DNA of 64,000 bases from Octopus vulgaris (Eukaryota), in NCBI GenBank assembly GCA_951406725.2, contig OX597821.1:5084001-5148000 (forward strand). The letters are read 5' to 3'. Positions within the stretch are counted from its first letter, which is position 1; the number at the start of each line of letters is the position of its first letter. The position numbers were made by a program, and so were the translations under genes. Under the pieces are notes generated by a model that worked only from the letters and a program-made list of their open reading frames with translations, did no database searches and was not told where the DNA came from. Shown piece by piece: positions 28,571-43,872 of the stretch.

Positions 28571-29807
28571 AATGCATGTACTTTATTTGGGTTGCAAGAA
28601 GGAAGGAAAAGGCAAAAGATAAAGGTGTGATAAAATGAATATGAAACTTAGGGTTAGAATGAAAACATTAAATTCTGTAATCAAAATATTTATAAAGTGA
28701 GCGTCAGTTAGTATTAGAAAGACGTCATTTGGTTTCGAGAGCTGGAATTTCCATATGAATAGATAGTCAAAATAATCATCACGAGAATGTAAACCATCAG
28801 TTTTGAATATAAATGATCTAACTCGATAATTTTAGATAAAAATATGGTCTTGTTACAGAAGTTGTAGCAAATCAAGGAATGTTCAACATATTACGTAGAG
28901 CAGGGCATGTGATATCAATGGAGAAAATGTCTTTTGATTTGAAATATTTTCAAAGAGAAAAATCACTTGCAGCTTCAACTTTGATATGGTGGTGGTCTTG
29001 GAACGAATAGGAAAATCTTGGTAATATTGTCGTTTTATCTTTTAGCGATAAAGGCATATTTGCCGGAGAAAACTTGTGTATGATCGCATAGCCTCCAGTT
29101 CTCAAAATGGGACAATGAACTCACGTCCGGCTTTCAAAAGCACTTACTTACCGGTTATTGCTTTAATGTGCCAGATATCTCTGAGCATTAAACCCTGGCA
29201 TCCTCCGTTTTCTTCTTCATCTATTTCTACTGCTTCTTCTTGTCTCCCTTCTTCTCCTTTTTCCTGGTCATCTTCCTACTTTATTTTATTCTATTTTATT
29301 TTATTTTATTTTATTTCCATCTTTCTTTCTTCAGCTATCTTTTCAACTTCAAGTGAAATACGAAGGAATATTATTTCTTTTTAAAGGAGAGATCGTTATA
29401 TGAAATGATGAACAGGGGAGTGAGAAATGAAAGGGTGAGCTAGGATGAGAGAGAAACAGATGAATTGAGAGATAAACACTGGGAGAGAGAGGGGTAAAGA
29501 GGGGTGAGAGAAAGAAACGACGGAGTCTGAAACGGAATAAAGTGAGAATGAAAGTGATACAAAGGTGTGTGTGTGTGTGTCTGTGTGTGTGAGTGTGTGT
29601 GTGTGTGGTGGATTGTGACTGACTGAGTGGCTGAGAGAGTTGTTCGACATCAATGAAATAGCCATTGAGATACTTGCGTGAATAAATATGTGATACTAAC
29701 ACAGATTCGTACACACACAGCGTTATATATAGCCATACATAAATACATAATTTACAATGGTGTACATATCGTTATTTACATACATCTCTCCCTCTCTTTC
29801 TCTCTCT

Positions 29808-29849
<42 letters not shown>

Positions 29850-29851
29850 CA

Positions 29852-29909
<58 letters not shown>

Positions 29910-29924
29910 CATACAGACACACAA

Positions 29925-29977
<53 letters not shown>

Positions 29978-29980
29978 CAG

Positions 29981-30016
<36 letters not shown>

Positions 30017-30853
30017 GCATACATATAAGTATAAATATATATACACAAACACACACGCATATGTCTATGTATATATATATATATATATATACATACATAC
30101 ATATTATGTATATACAGTGAGAGGGGTAGACTGACATGAAGGCAAACGGACACAGAACATCAATAAATTTTCAGTTGAACATAGTAAATGTGTAAAATTT
30201 CAGATCGAAGTAGAAAGGATATTTAATTATGATGTCGGGTTAACATTATCTATTTATTGTGTAAAGTTTAACCGAGACCGATAAGCAGGCAAGTTCATTT
30301 CAGTGACCTCATGCGAAGAAGAACGATGGGTGGGAAGCAGGAGGAAACAGCGATGCTAATAACAACCATATATATTGAATAAATATTAAGTCAATTTTTG
30401 GTAGGCTAGGAGTACAAGCAACTGAGTCGACAGGAGTATATTAGTTGAAATTGTAATATTGACCTTTCCGGATAGATCAAAGTGAAAAGCTGAACTCGGC
30501 AGAATTTAAATATGGAATTACGAAGAATTTAAATACTGGAAAGTGATTCGTGCCATGATGTGAACTATGGATTTTAACTACAATTTATGGAATATTAATA
30601 ATAATGATTTACAAATCCAGTACAATGCCAAATGCTTGTAATGGAATGATACAAATGTGTGAAAGTATCCTGCTTATTTAAGGAGTACATTTTATCGATC
30701 GCCTGTATTCTCTCTCTATGCATGACATTCTCTCTCTCTTTCTCATTCTCTGTCGCTCTCTCTCTCTCTCCTTCTCTGTCTATCTATCTATCTCTATCTC
30801 TTTCTCTCTTTCTCTCTTACAACATATATGCCACACATACGTGCTTTTATATA

Positions 30854-30893
<40 letters not shown>

Positions 30894-30989
30894 TACATAC
30901 ACACCTCCGTACGTATATATATACACACACATACATACATACATACGTGTGAGTGTGCGTGATAGTGTGTATGTGCCTACGTACTCTGT

Positions 30990-31640
30990 CACAAAGTACG
31001 TAGTGAACAACAGACAGCGACGCTCTTGTAATCCAAAAATACAATCGCATGTGTATTTAATGTCATGTTTCTGTGGAAGACATCACCCATGTGATAAGCA
31101 GCTGTCCTAAAATTTCGTCATGATACCCCCCATGCAGCGCGATGTTGTTGTTAAAACAATTTACTATGCCATCCGCAAAAAATACTGTCCTGAAATAAAC
31201 TTAGAAAATCCATCCCTCTAATGGAATACATTCATAAACACCAACTCAAGGAAAACTGATGGAATATTCCCATCACAACTTCTGTCAAATGTAAACATAA
31301 CAGGTCGGATGTTGTTGTTTGGGACAGGGGGGCAAAGGTATGTACCATCATAGAGATCAGCTGCCCTGCAGATATAAATAGTTCTTTGAAAATAAAAGCA
31401 AAAGGGGATATCTATGGACAACTGCTTCGAAACCCCTAGCTTCTACATCCAGACTATGAATTCATATTCACACCAATGATAAATGGAGAGCTAGGTTTTG
31501 TTAGTAAATGTTTAAAGGAGAATCTGCATAAACAGAGAATCTTAGAAAGAGAAATGGGCCGGCTAATTCGTACTTTACAATTGCAGTCTGTGAGTGGAAC
31601 AGTAAAAATCTGCAAAACTTTTCTCAAGTTCCAAATATGA
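30990..31640 (+). pseudogene. decayed R4/Dong-like LINE C-terminus (CCHC knuckle + restriction-like endonuclease)
   Basis: EDITHVISSCP..WNIPITTSVKCKHNRSDVVVWD..IIEISCPAD..SVSGTVKICKTFLKFQI*, with stops and frameshifts. Confidence 0.8.
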
Positions 31641-31713
31641 ATTTACCATGCTTGATCGTTAATCCACAAGTGTTTCTATATTCTCTCTGTGATTATTTTC
31701 TTTTATTCTTTTC

Positions 31714-31832
31714 TGCTGAAGAGTGTAGGCTCGAAACGTAAAATCTTTCACACTTTCCCGAGCGTCAAACTAATACACCTGCTTTTTGTTCATGCACCTG
31801 TCCACGTCTTTTGTTTTCTGTAAATTTCAACT
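31714..31832 (+). mobile_element. hammerhead-tailed Penelope-related terminus ending at (TA)n
   Basis: CTGAAGA GTGTAGGCTC GAAA CGTA followed by ~95 nt and then (TA)n. Confidence 0.6.
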
Positions 31833-31854
31833 ATATATATATATATATTCTTTT

Positions 31855-32028
31855 AATTCTTCTATTCCTTTATACGTTTCAGTCATTTTACCGCGCCGAT
31901 GCTGGGGCACCGCCTTTAGTCGAAAAAATCGGCCCCAGTACTTATTCCATCGTTGTCTTTTGCAGAAACGCTAGGTGACGGGGACGTAAACACACCAACA
32001 TTGGTTGTCAACGATGGTGGGGAACATG

Positions 32029-32091
<63 letters not shown>

Positions 32092-32190
32092 GACAGGCTT
32101 CTTTTGTTTCCACTCACAAGGCTTTGGTCGGCCCTAGGCTATAGCAGAAGACACTTGCCTAAGGTGCCATGCAATGTTGCTGAACCCGGA
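31855..32190 (-). mobile_element. SINE family A
   Basis: Reverse complement of the family A tail and head, with internal (CA)n(TA)n. Confidence 0.8.
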
Positions 32191-32906
32191 GTCTTTAAAC
32201 GGCGGCCATGCTGAGGCAGCGCTTCGAAGAGTTTTAATTGATTAGTCGAATGAAACGTTCCTAGTAGATACTATTATTTTACGTCTGGTCCATTTTACAT
32301 ATCGAGGGACCGTAAAGACACCAACATCTGTTTTCACGTGGAGGTGGGGGAGAAACACAGACACTAACACACACATACACGAACACACACAAATATATAT
32401 ATATATTACTTCCGGTTTTCGTAAGGTAGAGAGGTTTGCATAAATCGACGAAATAATCGTCGAAACTGATAAAAAAACGTAGAAATTGCTATCTCATAGC
32501 GGTCTACTAGGATATATTAGTTAAAAACCGTAATATATTTCGCTTCAAGCCAAATATTATACACTAAAGTTAATTACGTACGCCAGATTTCCCGTCGAAA
32601 AAAGCACGTGGTGACATCTCTTAAGTATATTTCCAATCGACTGTAACAAACAAAAAGAAGCGTTTTTCTTTTCTTTTTTGAAAGAAAAACTCTTCGTATA
32701 GGAAGACGATTTTGGGACTTCTACCTCTTATAAGATAAGTACCCCTTTTCATTTGTTTAATTTCCCGTAATTCTATGTAAGGAACTATTCTCTGTTTACA
32801 TTCTGTTAATAATCTTTCAATTTCTGTTTCAGCTCCGTTTTTGTCAATTTCTCAATACATCTCTTTAAAATTATTCAATTGTAGATAGGCATATATTTAT
32901 TTGTTG

Positions 32907-32944
<38 letters not shown>

Positions 32945-32969
32945 CTCAGCCCCTTAATCTCCCTAAATA

Positions 32970-35845
32970 CAAGACCGCCACAGCAAATAGACCCATGGGG
33001 GACACCACCAGCAACATCACACACACCACCTCGATGCTCCTAATGAACATCAGAGGACTGCTAACACTCAGTAACAGGACAAAAATCCTTTTCTTGAGAC
33101 ACCTTGTTGCATGCAATCAAGCCTTATGCATAGCACTTACGGAAACACACCTGAAACCGGACTTAGCAGATGCGGAAATACACATACCACAGTATGTTGT
33201 ACTACGGACCGGCAGAAAAGAAAGCAGTCATGGAGGAGTTGCTATGTACAACCGCGAGGACCACACACCCGAGGTCCTTTTGTCATACTCAAATTCAGTG
33301 TGTGACACACTAATTGTACATATAAGGCAACTTGGTGTAGTTATATGTGCTACATATCGCCCTCCAGATGCTCCAAGCCATGTAGGCAAGTTTGAAGACT
33401 GCCTTATAAAAATAGAAGAAATTCTAGTCACATTAGAACAACACATAAGTGTACTTCTTATGGGAGACTTCAATATGCCCGATGTCAGATGGCCCGAGGG
33501 CCTTTCTCTCCCAGGAATGACACGATGCGAACGAGGACACGCGAGGTCTCTCCTGAACCTCATCAACATTCTGTACATGGAGCAAATAATACTCCAACCA
33601 ACCAGGGCAGGTAACATACTGGATCTCTGCTTCACAAATAATATGGATCTCATCCATAATGTGAAAGTGACAACGACACTACTCTCGGATCACAACATGG
33701 TAGAGCTGACCATGTACGGGCCAAAGGAAAGCATGGACATGCAGTCTACAAGAAGGTCTCAGAATCTTTCCAGCTTGAACTTTCGTAAGGCAACCTGGGA
33801 ACAAATTGAGAAAGAGATCCTCAAACAAAACTGGCCTGAATGCCTCTCCTCGCCAGACATCGACATGAAACTTCAATAATTCATATCTGTAACGCAAGCC
33901 GTATGCTACAAATGTGTCCCAGAGAGAAACGCCACTGTACACAAGAACAAATCCCTAGATAGGGCCACTCCTTGAAAAGGATGGCACACTCACAGGAAAT
34001 CCAATGAGGACAAGTGAAATACTAAATGAGCAATTCAAGAGTATTTTCACTCCACCCCTAGGGCATTTTCAAGTCAGCAATCCAACTGACTTCTTTACTA
34101 CTGCAGATATAAAATCAGAGGCAGCGATGATTGATTACATCAACATAAAGGAAGACGATGTAATAAAGGCTATAGATGAAATGAAAACAAACTCAGCTAC
34201 TGGCCCCGATGGATTCCTAGCAATCCTTCTAAAAGTATGTAAGAGAGTCCTAGCAAGACCAATGCAGTTCCCCTTTCAGAGCTTCCTTGCAACTGGCAAA
34301 CTTCCAAGAAAACTGAAGGAAGGTAAAATATGCCCTATTCATAAAGGAGGTAGCAAAGCGGAGGCCAAGAACTACATACCTATCTCTCTGACCTCATACA
34401 TCAGCAAGGTCATGGAACGAATAGTCAGAAGGAAACTGATCACCTTCCTTGAAGAAAATGACTTACTGCCTGACACCCAATATGGTTTCCAACCAGGAAG
34501 AAGCTGCCTAACTCAGCTCCTACAACACTATGACTAGGTGCTGAAACAACTGCTCAACCACTCAAATGTGGAAGTCATATATCTCGACTTTGCAAAGGCC
34601 TTTGATAAAGTCGATCATGGAATGATATGTCACAAACTGCGTGATCTTGGCATAGTTAGAAAATTGGGAGAATGGCTTCATAACTTTCTGAAGGATAGAA
34701 GCCAGGTGATAGTAGCCAATTGGGCCACTTCCATTAACACGCAAATAGTGAGCGGTGTTCCGCAGGGCACTGTTTTAGGACCACTAGTGTTCATGGGCCT
34801 CTCAGATATGGACTCATCCACGCAGATAGCCACGATCACATGTTATGCAGATGATACAAAAGTTTCACTGGCAATACAAAACACTGAAGACACTATGCAC
34901 ATGCAATGTGAGCTGGACAAAATATACAAGTGGGCTGAAAAGAATAGCATGCAGTTCAATGCTGAAAAGTTTCAGGCTTTATGCTATCAGCATGCAAAAC
35001 TAAATGCAATACCCAATAAATACACTGGACCTGAAGGGATTGCAATCCCAGAGGCACAATCAGTGCGAGACCTGGGTATTTACATGAGTGATGATGCACT
35101 CTTTCATGTGCATGTTGCTAAATTGGCAATGAAATGTAGGCGGCTGACCGGATGGATTCTTAGAACCTTTAGAACAAGAGACCAGAAAACCATGATGGTC
35201 CTCTGGAGGACACTTGTCCTAAGCCACTTTGACTATTGCTCTCAGCTATGGTCACTATCCAGTGACAAGTTAATCACAGAACTTGAGGCGATCCAACGAA
35301 GCTACACGAAGAAGATAGCCTCTGTGCAGCATATAAGCTACTGGGAAAGACTCAAGAGATTAAGACTCTATTCCTCAGAGCGTAGGCGAGAAAGATATGC
35401 CATAATATACATCTGGAAGATCCTAGAAGGACTTGTCTCAAACTTTGGCATCGAGAGTTACACAAATGCTAGAACTGGGCGCCACCGCATAGTGCCAAGG
35501 ACTCCAAATTTGCCATCAAGATGTAGGACAAGATACTGTGATAGCTTGGGCTTCCGAGGCCCACAGCTCTTCAATATCCTCCCGAAGAACCTAAGAGACC
35601 TGCATGGGGTGGATGCAGTTGTCTTTAAAATAAAACTGGATCTTCCTGTCAGGTGTCCCAGATGAACCAACTTCACGGCAGGAGGTGCAGATGAGGGTAG
35701 CTGCATCGAACACTCTCATGCACCAAATGACAATTGCTAAAATGCATTCGTGAAGTAAAATCATGTAGCAACACCAAATGGCGGTGCCCCAGCATGACCA
35801 CAGCTCGTGAGCTGAAACTAGATAAAATAAAATAAATAAAATAAA
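32970..35845 (+). mobile_element. second, decayed copy of the CR1/L2-group LINE
   Basis: Collinear with 7075-10165. Stops at 33877 and 34535, a ~235-bp internal deletion near 33955, a frameshift near 35640, and an A-rich (AAATA) tail. Confidence 0.95.
32995..35665 (+). pseudogene. LINE ORF2 (APE + RT) pseudogene
   Basis: ORFs 32995..33879, 34004..34537 and 34538..35665 are pieces of the same protein as 7056-10099. Confidence 0.9.
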
Positions 35846-36026
35846 TATATATATGAGGGGCTTCTTCCAGTTTCCGACTACCAAATCCACTCACACGTAC
35901 TTGGTGGACTCGCAGCTATAGTATAAGCAACCTGCTCAACGTGCCACGCAGTTGAATTCAAATTGTTACCAAATGGTTGGGAATTAATCTTCTTATCACA
36001 CTCCCATAGAGAGAGACAGAGAAAAG

Positions 36027-36063
<37 letters not shown>

Positions 36064-36385
36064 TGATTGAATGCTAGGCACATATATAAATACATGTTTG
36101 CATTTGTGTATTTATGTGTGGGTATATATGCATGATTCAACTGTATTTATACTCTGTATTTATATTCACAGATATTTTAGCTTTTGTTCTACGACCACAT
36201 TGACTTCAAGTTCTATAACTAATTTCAATTCAAGTATCGTCATTCATTTTCCGACAGAAAAAAGTCCTGTTGGTGGTGTTAATATACACCCTTGCCTCAG
36301 AAACATGAACATTTTATTGTCCCATTAAATATACTTATTTTGATACATTTCAGTTCAGTTATTAATTTTACATCAGAATACATAG

Positions 36386-36522
<137 letters not shown>

Positions 36523-36879
36523 TATATATTCCTACTGTCAAATTGAAATATATATACACATATATAAATTTATAACTATAAATAAACTCTCAAACAGTTA
36601 TTTTTATAAATATTTTTAATGTTTCCTATATATGCATATATTGTAATCTTTTATAATATCTCTATGTAGGTATGTATATGTAGGTATGTATTTATGCATG
36701 CATGTACGTACGAACACAATCGTACGTACGTAAAAAGATGTGTATGTATGTATGTATGTATGTAATATATTTCTTAAAGATATGTTTCAAGTTTGCTAAA
36801 ATTGAATAATTTAAATATAACAATAATGAATACACACGCATATATATATATATAGATAGATATGACGAGAGGAAAAAGT

Positions 36880-36889
36880 AATAACGATG

Positions 36890-36929
<40 letters not shown>

Positions 36930-36943
36930 TAATAATAATAATG

Positions 36944-37001
<58 letters not shown>

Positions 37002-37015
37002 TAATAATAATAATG

Positions 37016-37092
<77 letters not shown>
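36880..37092. repeat. long (AAT)n microsatellite
   Basis: Seen directly. Confidence 0.95.
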
Positions 37093-37093
<1 letters not shown>

Positions 37094-37203
37094 TATAACA
37101 TGTCAAATGTTTTGGTGCGTTACTTTAACCACCCTGTATATTCTCATACTGTTACGTTCCTATTTTCATTCAGTCATATATTTGTAATTTTTTTACTGCC
37201 TCT

Positions 37204-37238
<35 letters not shown>

Positions 37239-38622
37239 CATGTGTGTGCGTGTGTGTATGTTTGAGTATGTATATATATCTATACACACATATATAAGAA
37301 TGTGTGTGCGTGAATATATAGAATTCACACTCACACATTCACACACACATACACACACACATATATATGCCCACACCACACAGGTGTATGCCTATATACA
37401 TACTTATAATCATGCTGTCATCTTTGCAAATGGCATAATAACAAACGCAGTAACATTCAAATCAATGCTTCCCAGCTTACGTTTAAATAATATACTTTCT
37501 AAATATGTAATTTCTCAGAATAGAAATTCAATGTTAGTTTGAGGCACGGAGGAAATCTCTCAGTTTAAGCTCCGACTTCCGTATGCTATTATTGGAATAC
37601 ATTACAGGAAAATATGAATAAATATTTGGAATTAAATGTCACAGTATGCCTTGTGACTTTACTTCTGTCGTCTATTTTGGGTCAAATTATTGGAATCGAA
37701 TCAACCTAAAGTAATATTTCATAAAAATTCCTTTCATTTGGTTATTGAAAATGGGGATGAATTAGTTTCACCGAAAATAGTTCTATAAGTTATTTCCTCA
37801 GAATTTTCATCGCATTATTAACAAATATAACTCTTGTCATACGATTCTGAAGCAGAAACATACGTCAACAATTATATATACATATATGCATATATTTGGG
37901 TGTGTGCGAGCGTTTGGGTATATGTGTCTGTGTGAGTGTATGTACTATGCATTTATGCATACATGTGTGTATGCTTATTCAGATGTTGAAAATACTTTCT
38001 AAGTTCTGCATACTTCAATGTTGTCACAAATATACAAATATAGTAGAACCGACTAAGTCAAATAAAGAAGTTTAGCTGATTCTTACTAATCTCATTTATT
38101 TGTAGGATTAATTGAATAATGCTGCTTAAATTACGATAAAATGGAAATTTTATTCATGGGGAAAATTCGTATTGTTTATGTCCTCTTCACTCTTTCTATA
38201 TTTATTTCATTTACCTTATTTTGGTGAGAACACAAATTATGTTTGCTAAGATAGGGTGAAGTCCACTGCTTTCACCTAGATATTTCACGTGACCTAAATT
38301 ATTTGTATTATTGGCGAGCTGGTAGAATCATTAATGTATTGGACAAAATGCTTAGTTATATTTCATACACATTATTACGTTATTGGTTCAAAACATTAAA
38401 GAGAATTAATTATAATTACTTATAAAATAATCTCAATAGACACAGATCTCAAATGGCTTCCTCTTAAATGATATCGATGAATATATTGTATTGCTGTGTA
38501 CCAGTCCACTACTAAGGTGTTCTTCTCACTTTCACTCTTTCTCTCTATTTCTCTTTATCCCTCTCACTCCTCCCTTTCCGATTTTCTGTTTGTCTGTGGT
38601 TTTCTCATTGATAATACCTTAC

Positions 38623-38683
<61 letters not shown>

Positions 38684-40644
38684 CTATGTGTGTGTGTATG
38701 TATGTATGTATAAATGTAATTCTTTTCTCAAATAAATTGCTCTTCACATGCGAGGCTCAGTTGAAGCAATAAGTCTTATTCAGGCACTCAACTATGAGTT
38801 CACTTCATTTCATAGCAGAAACAGCTGAATAACTGTAAGCTATCATGTGTGCTTCTGTGAGCGTGTAGTGACTCTAGTTCTTTAGGACCGGCCATAATGG
38901 AGTGGTCCTGTGGTCAGGTTGAAATATTGTCGGATACCTCAGCCATTGTTGCCTGGTGTTTTAGCCCAAGAGAAAATACTTGTGCAGAAATTGAAATAAA
39001 GTCATATGAACATCATCATGAAGTCACTGGAGAATGCCATATTCGAGGAAAATGGATGCAATAAATTCGCTCAGGTTCGATCATCATGGAGGAAAGCAGT
39101 GCAATTGAAGAAATTCGTATCGAACAAGAAGAGCGTTCATAACGGCCTTTATATGAATTGAGTTTAATGGTGTACAGTCCATTTTAATATGTAACGAAAT
39201 ATCACACTCACAGGAAGTTGTACTAGCAAGGAGTATGGAAGAGTGTGTGTGACGGAGCCGGTATGAAACGTCATATGCAGATTTATCAAATTAATGTTGA
39301 AAGACCTAGTACGAGAGGCAGCAATTATTGCCATAGCTGTACCATAGATTCTAAGTCTCTAACTGGATTGGAAAACTCTGCACATCCGTACTGCTCGTAT
39401 CAAAGAGAACAATGAGGTATTACTCGAAATCCATTTGTGGCTACCTCCAATAAAACTGCATTGCGTGTTTACGCTTATTCAGTTTCTTGCAAGTTTTTTA
39501 ATTAGTGAAGGAAAGATAATACGCGGTACCTGATATACCACCTCCAGCTGAATTTAGTGTGAGTTTCAACGTTGTTTTCTATGAAAAAAGTTGAAAATTA
39601 TCTCCATGGGAAATATTGATACAATCAGCAATGAAATGAAACCACGTTTCGGTTTTATATTTGAGTAGGTTTGTACCATTAAATGCCGGAAAGAGAGTAA
39701 CGAAGATGCTCAGAAATTGAACTGATGAAGAAAAACGACCATCGAAGTGTGCTTGACTACTTGTTATGAATTTACTCATTGTAAAAGTTCCGTCTAGAGT
39801 GTAAATAATGGTTTCGCATTTAGGTAAAAGTCCGGCTATTTTGATTAGAAGGGTGGGTTCATTCGATACCAACGTGCTTGATAAGTGCATATTTTATCGA
39901 TCTCTATAGAACAGAATTATAGGAAAATTCGCCATGACAGAATACGAACTCTAATTGTAACGAACCGGCGTAAATATATTAGAAATGTTTTTTCCCATAC
40001 TCTTTCGATTAGGACACCTCGTTACTCTTGCCCCTGATATTGATAACAACTGTTATATCTCTCTGACTTCTCGTTCACTAATTATTGTAGCTTGAGTGAG
40101 GTTTTCACTTACAGTTCTTGATACATTTTGACATAAAAAACACAGTTATTAGTCTGCAAGAGAATACGTTCTTAGTCGCTGTCAGGATTTGCGTGTTTAT
40201 CATAGTATTCTATATTCTTTAAGAAGCCTTAAATTATTGTTCACACAAAATATATCTGTTGTCCTTGTAAGCAAACTGCTTTTGCTTTAAATCAGAAACG
40301 AATGTTTTTTTTTTTATTCAAATAGAATAATAAATGATTTATGATAATATTATTCATTCACTGGTTTCATTTCTATTGTTGAATCAATTTGTTTTCTTCA
40401 TGATTTGTCTTTTTAATTTAATGCCTTCATGTTGAAAAAGTTTCTATTTGAGGCCATTTTGGTTTCTCTTTTTTTTTACCTTAATCGTCTCTCCCCCGGA
40501 ATCCAAAAACTTATGGCAAACGGAAGATGCGATGGATATGATTACTCCACTTCCGATCAATTTCATCATTGGTTTCCAATTATAATTTCTTATGCAGTTT
40601 CATGTCCATATGTACATAAAAGGTATTACAAATATCAATAACGA

Positions 40645-40985
40645 CGTAGACAAAGCTGAATGGTTGAGAACGTCGTTTTTCAACAACATGGTTTCGGGTT
40701 CAGTCCCACTTCGCGCGGTACGTAGGGAGAATGTCTCCTGATATATAGCTGTAAGACGACCAATGCCTTCTGCTTGGATTTGGTAGACGGAAACTGTGCA
40801 GAAGCCCGTTTTATCCTCGTGACTATGTATGCAGTTTTATATGTAAGTATGTATGTATGCATGTATGTATGCATGTATATATGTGTGTATTTATATATGT
40901 ATTGATGTATGTATGTGTAAATGTGTGTCTGTGTTTGTAACTCCACCACCTCACAACAGGAGTTTGTTTGTTTCCGTCCATATAA
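40645..40985 (+). mobile_element. older SINE family A copy
   Basis: GGTTCAGTCCCAC..GATTTGGTAGACGGAAACTG..GAAGCCCGT, then a microsatellite and part of the 3' half. Confidence 0.7.
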
Positions 40986-42503
40986 GTCAACGTATTTGCC
41001 GAGCATATATAGTTATTTAGGCTCCTTATTAACAAAGGACCACCAAAGTTGGTAAGGGTTAGCAAAAACGGGAGGGAAGGGATACTTATAAAAGATAATG
41101 TCGATGAAGAGCTAAAAGGATCCGAAGCGTAGGGGAGGCAAAGGAAGATCTTCCGGACAAAACAGAAAGAATTCCACCCTCCCGTGGCTCAAGGAAAAAA
41201 GAAGAAAAAGAAAAATGGGACATTGACGGCGGTTTGTGACACTCTACTGGAGTGTCCCGAAGCACCTTCGGTGGGAGTTGTACCAGCGAAGGTAGAAAAT
41301 GTAGGCCCTTCCCATGCTAAGGATGAGGAATTTGTGATCCTCTTCCATAAGGGAGGATCATTAGAAGGCTTGGTTAAGAAGTTTTAAAAGAAAGGCCGGA
41401 GGGAAGGGATTCTATCCTTGACTGGCCTTTGCAGGTGGCTGTGGGGGTCATATGGGAGACCGATTTGTGCAGGGTGATGAACTCCTTCCACGAGGACACC
41501 TTTAGATTTATAGTAAAATGCCCGACTTGGTACCGTCTAGGTGCTTGAATGAGGCGGGGAGCCTGGTCGTGCATGGAAGAACAAAATAAAGGTAAGAGGC
41601 TTAATGTCTCAGTTTTCATTTTGAATTGTAAAAAAAATGTAAGAGTTTTGTTGCCTCATAAATGAATTTTGCATTGAACTGTGAAAAATTGTAAGAGGTT
41701 TGTTGCCTCGTGAATGTAATATAAAAGAGCAATGTCCTCGAGGAAACAGCAATCGGCGGGCGTTGCCTGTTGCCCTCATTTATCATCATTTTCATTTTTC
41801 ATTTCATATGTCCAGCCCGTAGCTTCCCTTTTATGTAAGGCCTTTTAGCCAATATAATGAATAAAAGAGCTAAAAGATAATGAGGATCAAGGGCTATGTG
41901 GAAGTAAAGCGAACTTTAGGACTCGCTTAGTTTGTAGTGTTGTTATAAATAGCTGTCCATAATATTAAACATAATATAGAAAACTTCAAAATTTTAAAAT
42001 CTGGGGTTCTAATGAAGGTGTAATCTCATTGGGAACCGAGGAATGAAAATAAAGATTTAAAAGGATAAATCAAAAATGATTCAAGGTTAAATACAAATAG
42101 ATAAATAAATGAATGAATACATAGATTAGGAACATATATTTACTAAGTTTAGGCATAGTGAAATTATAGGGTGCAAGAACGAAGGAAATACAGTGCTAAT
42201 GAGGAAAAGGAGCTAGACTATAAAAGAAATTAGTGGAGAGAGCTGGAGAGATTGATTAGTGTATATACGAAATAAAGTGTCTGTAGAAATGAGTTGGGAC
42301 GTCACTGGTGCCAAGCTGTAACGGCCTTTGCTTCTGCCATGGATGATAACATAGGTGATGTGCAAGGGGGAGGCTGGTATGCATGGGTGACTGCTGATCT
42401 TCCACAAACAAATTTGCCAGGACTTATGCCTCGAAGGGGATCTTTCTAAGTGAAATCCCATGGTCATTCATGACCAAAGCACGTCTTTGCACATTATATA
42501 TAT

Positions 42504-42599
<96 letters not shown>

Positions 42600-42600
<1 letters not shown>

Positions 42601-42808
42601 TGTGTCTGTGTTTGTTCCCCTAGCATTGCTTGACAACCGATGCTGGTGTGTTTACGTGCCCGTCACATACCGGTTCGGCAAAAGAAACCGATAGAATAAG
42701 TACTGGGCTTACAAAGAATAAGTCCCGGGGTCGATTTGCTCGACTAAAGGCGGTGCTCCAGCATGGCCGCAGTCAAATGACTGAAACAAGTAAAAGAGTA
42801 AAAAAGAG

Positions 42809-42810
<2 letters not shown>
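42600..42810 (+). mobile_element. SINE family A, 3' half
   Basis: Near-consensus tail GGCGGTGCTCCAGCATGGCCGCAGTCAAATGACTGAAACAAGTAAAAG. Confidence 0.85.
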
Positions 42811-42847
<37 letters not shown>

Positions 42848-42903
42848 TACATATATATATATATATACCTATATATATATATGATATATATATGCATGTA
42901 TAT

Positions 42904-43017
42904 ATTTTCCCCATCTTGTTTGTTGTTAACACAACGTTTTCGCTAATATACAAGATGGGGACAAATATCCGTCAAATATAAATAACGCAAATAATGTACA
43001 CATAATTCTTCATCTCT

Positions 43018-43022
<5 letters not shown>
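42904..43022 (+). mobile_element. short fold-back derivative of the hammerhead-SINE family at 44774
   Basis: Inverted piece CCCATCTTGTTTGTTGTTAACACAACGTTT joined to the tail CAAGATGGGGACAAATATCCG..TCATCTCTTAAATATA. Embedded in (TA)n. Confidence 0.75.
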
Positions 43023-43072
<50 letters not shown>

Positions 43073-43112
43073 ATTTATACATATGTATATATGTATACAT
43101 ATATATACATGC

Positions 43113-43157
<45 letters not shown>

Positions 43158-43164
43158 CCTGTAT

Positions 43165-43205
<41 letters not shown>

Positions 43206-43792
43206 CATATATATATATATATGCATATATATATCCATATGTATGTATCTGTCTACCAGTTGTAAATGCATTACTATTACTGCAAGATATACTATTATGA
43301 TGTAGGATATATATGTATATATGTATAAAATACATTAAAAGTAAATCATATTAATATACTGAATTGAATACTAACAAAAAGTATCAAAACAACATTTATA
43401 CATTCACAGCCATTTTCAAACTATATTTTTACTGAACCATGCCGGGCTAAACATTAAAAAGAATCGACAGTTTAGAAGAAATTTAGCAAAATGTAGGCTC
43501 TAATACAAAATAGCTCATTGGCTGTCGGCAGAAATAAATGTAGTATCTACAACAGGGATGTATTTTGTTTTGTAATGGAAAGTAATGGTGATTAGATGCA
43601 TTTTTTTATATGTTTTGGTTGTTTCGAGAATGTATTTTCCAGCAAATGCCTCGCTCTGAATTAGTTGTGAGATTAGTGTAAATAGGATTAGTGCTAAGCT
43701 GGTACAAATAAATAACTGATACAGTCAGGCTTCTCCTACACAAATTGGATAGAAACTTTATCACCTTATATTATGACCAGAAATACAAAGGC

Positions 43793-43872
<80 letters not shown>

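Noticed and set aside
38800-39500. Possible ancient Tc1-like relic
   Set aside because: I could not recover convincing motifs or TIRs by eye.
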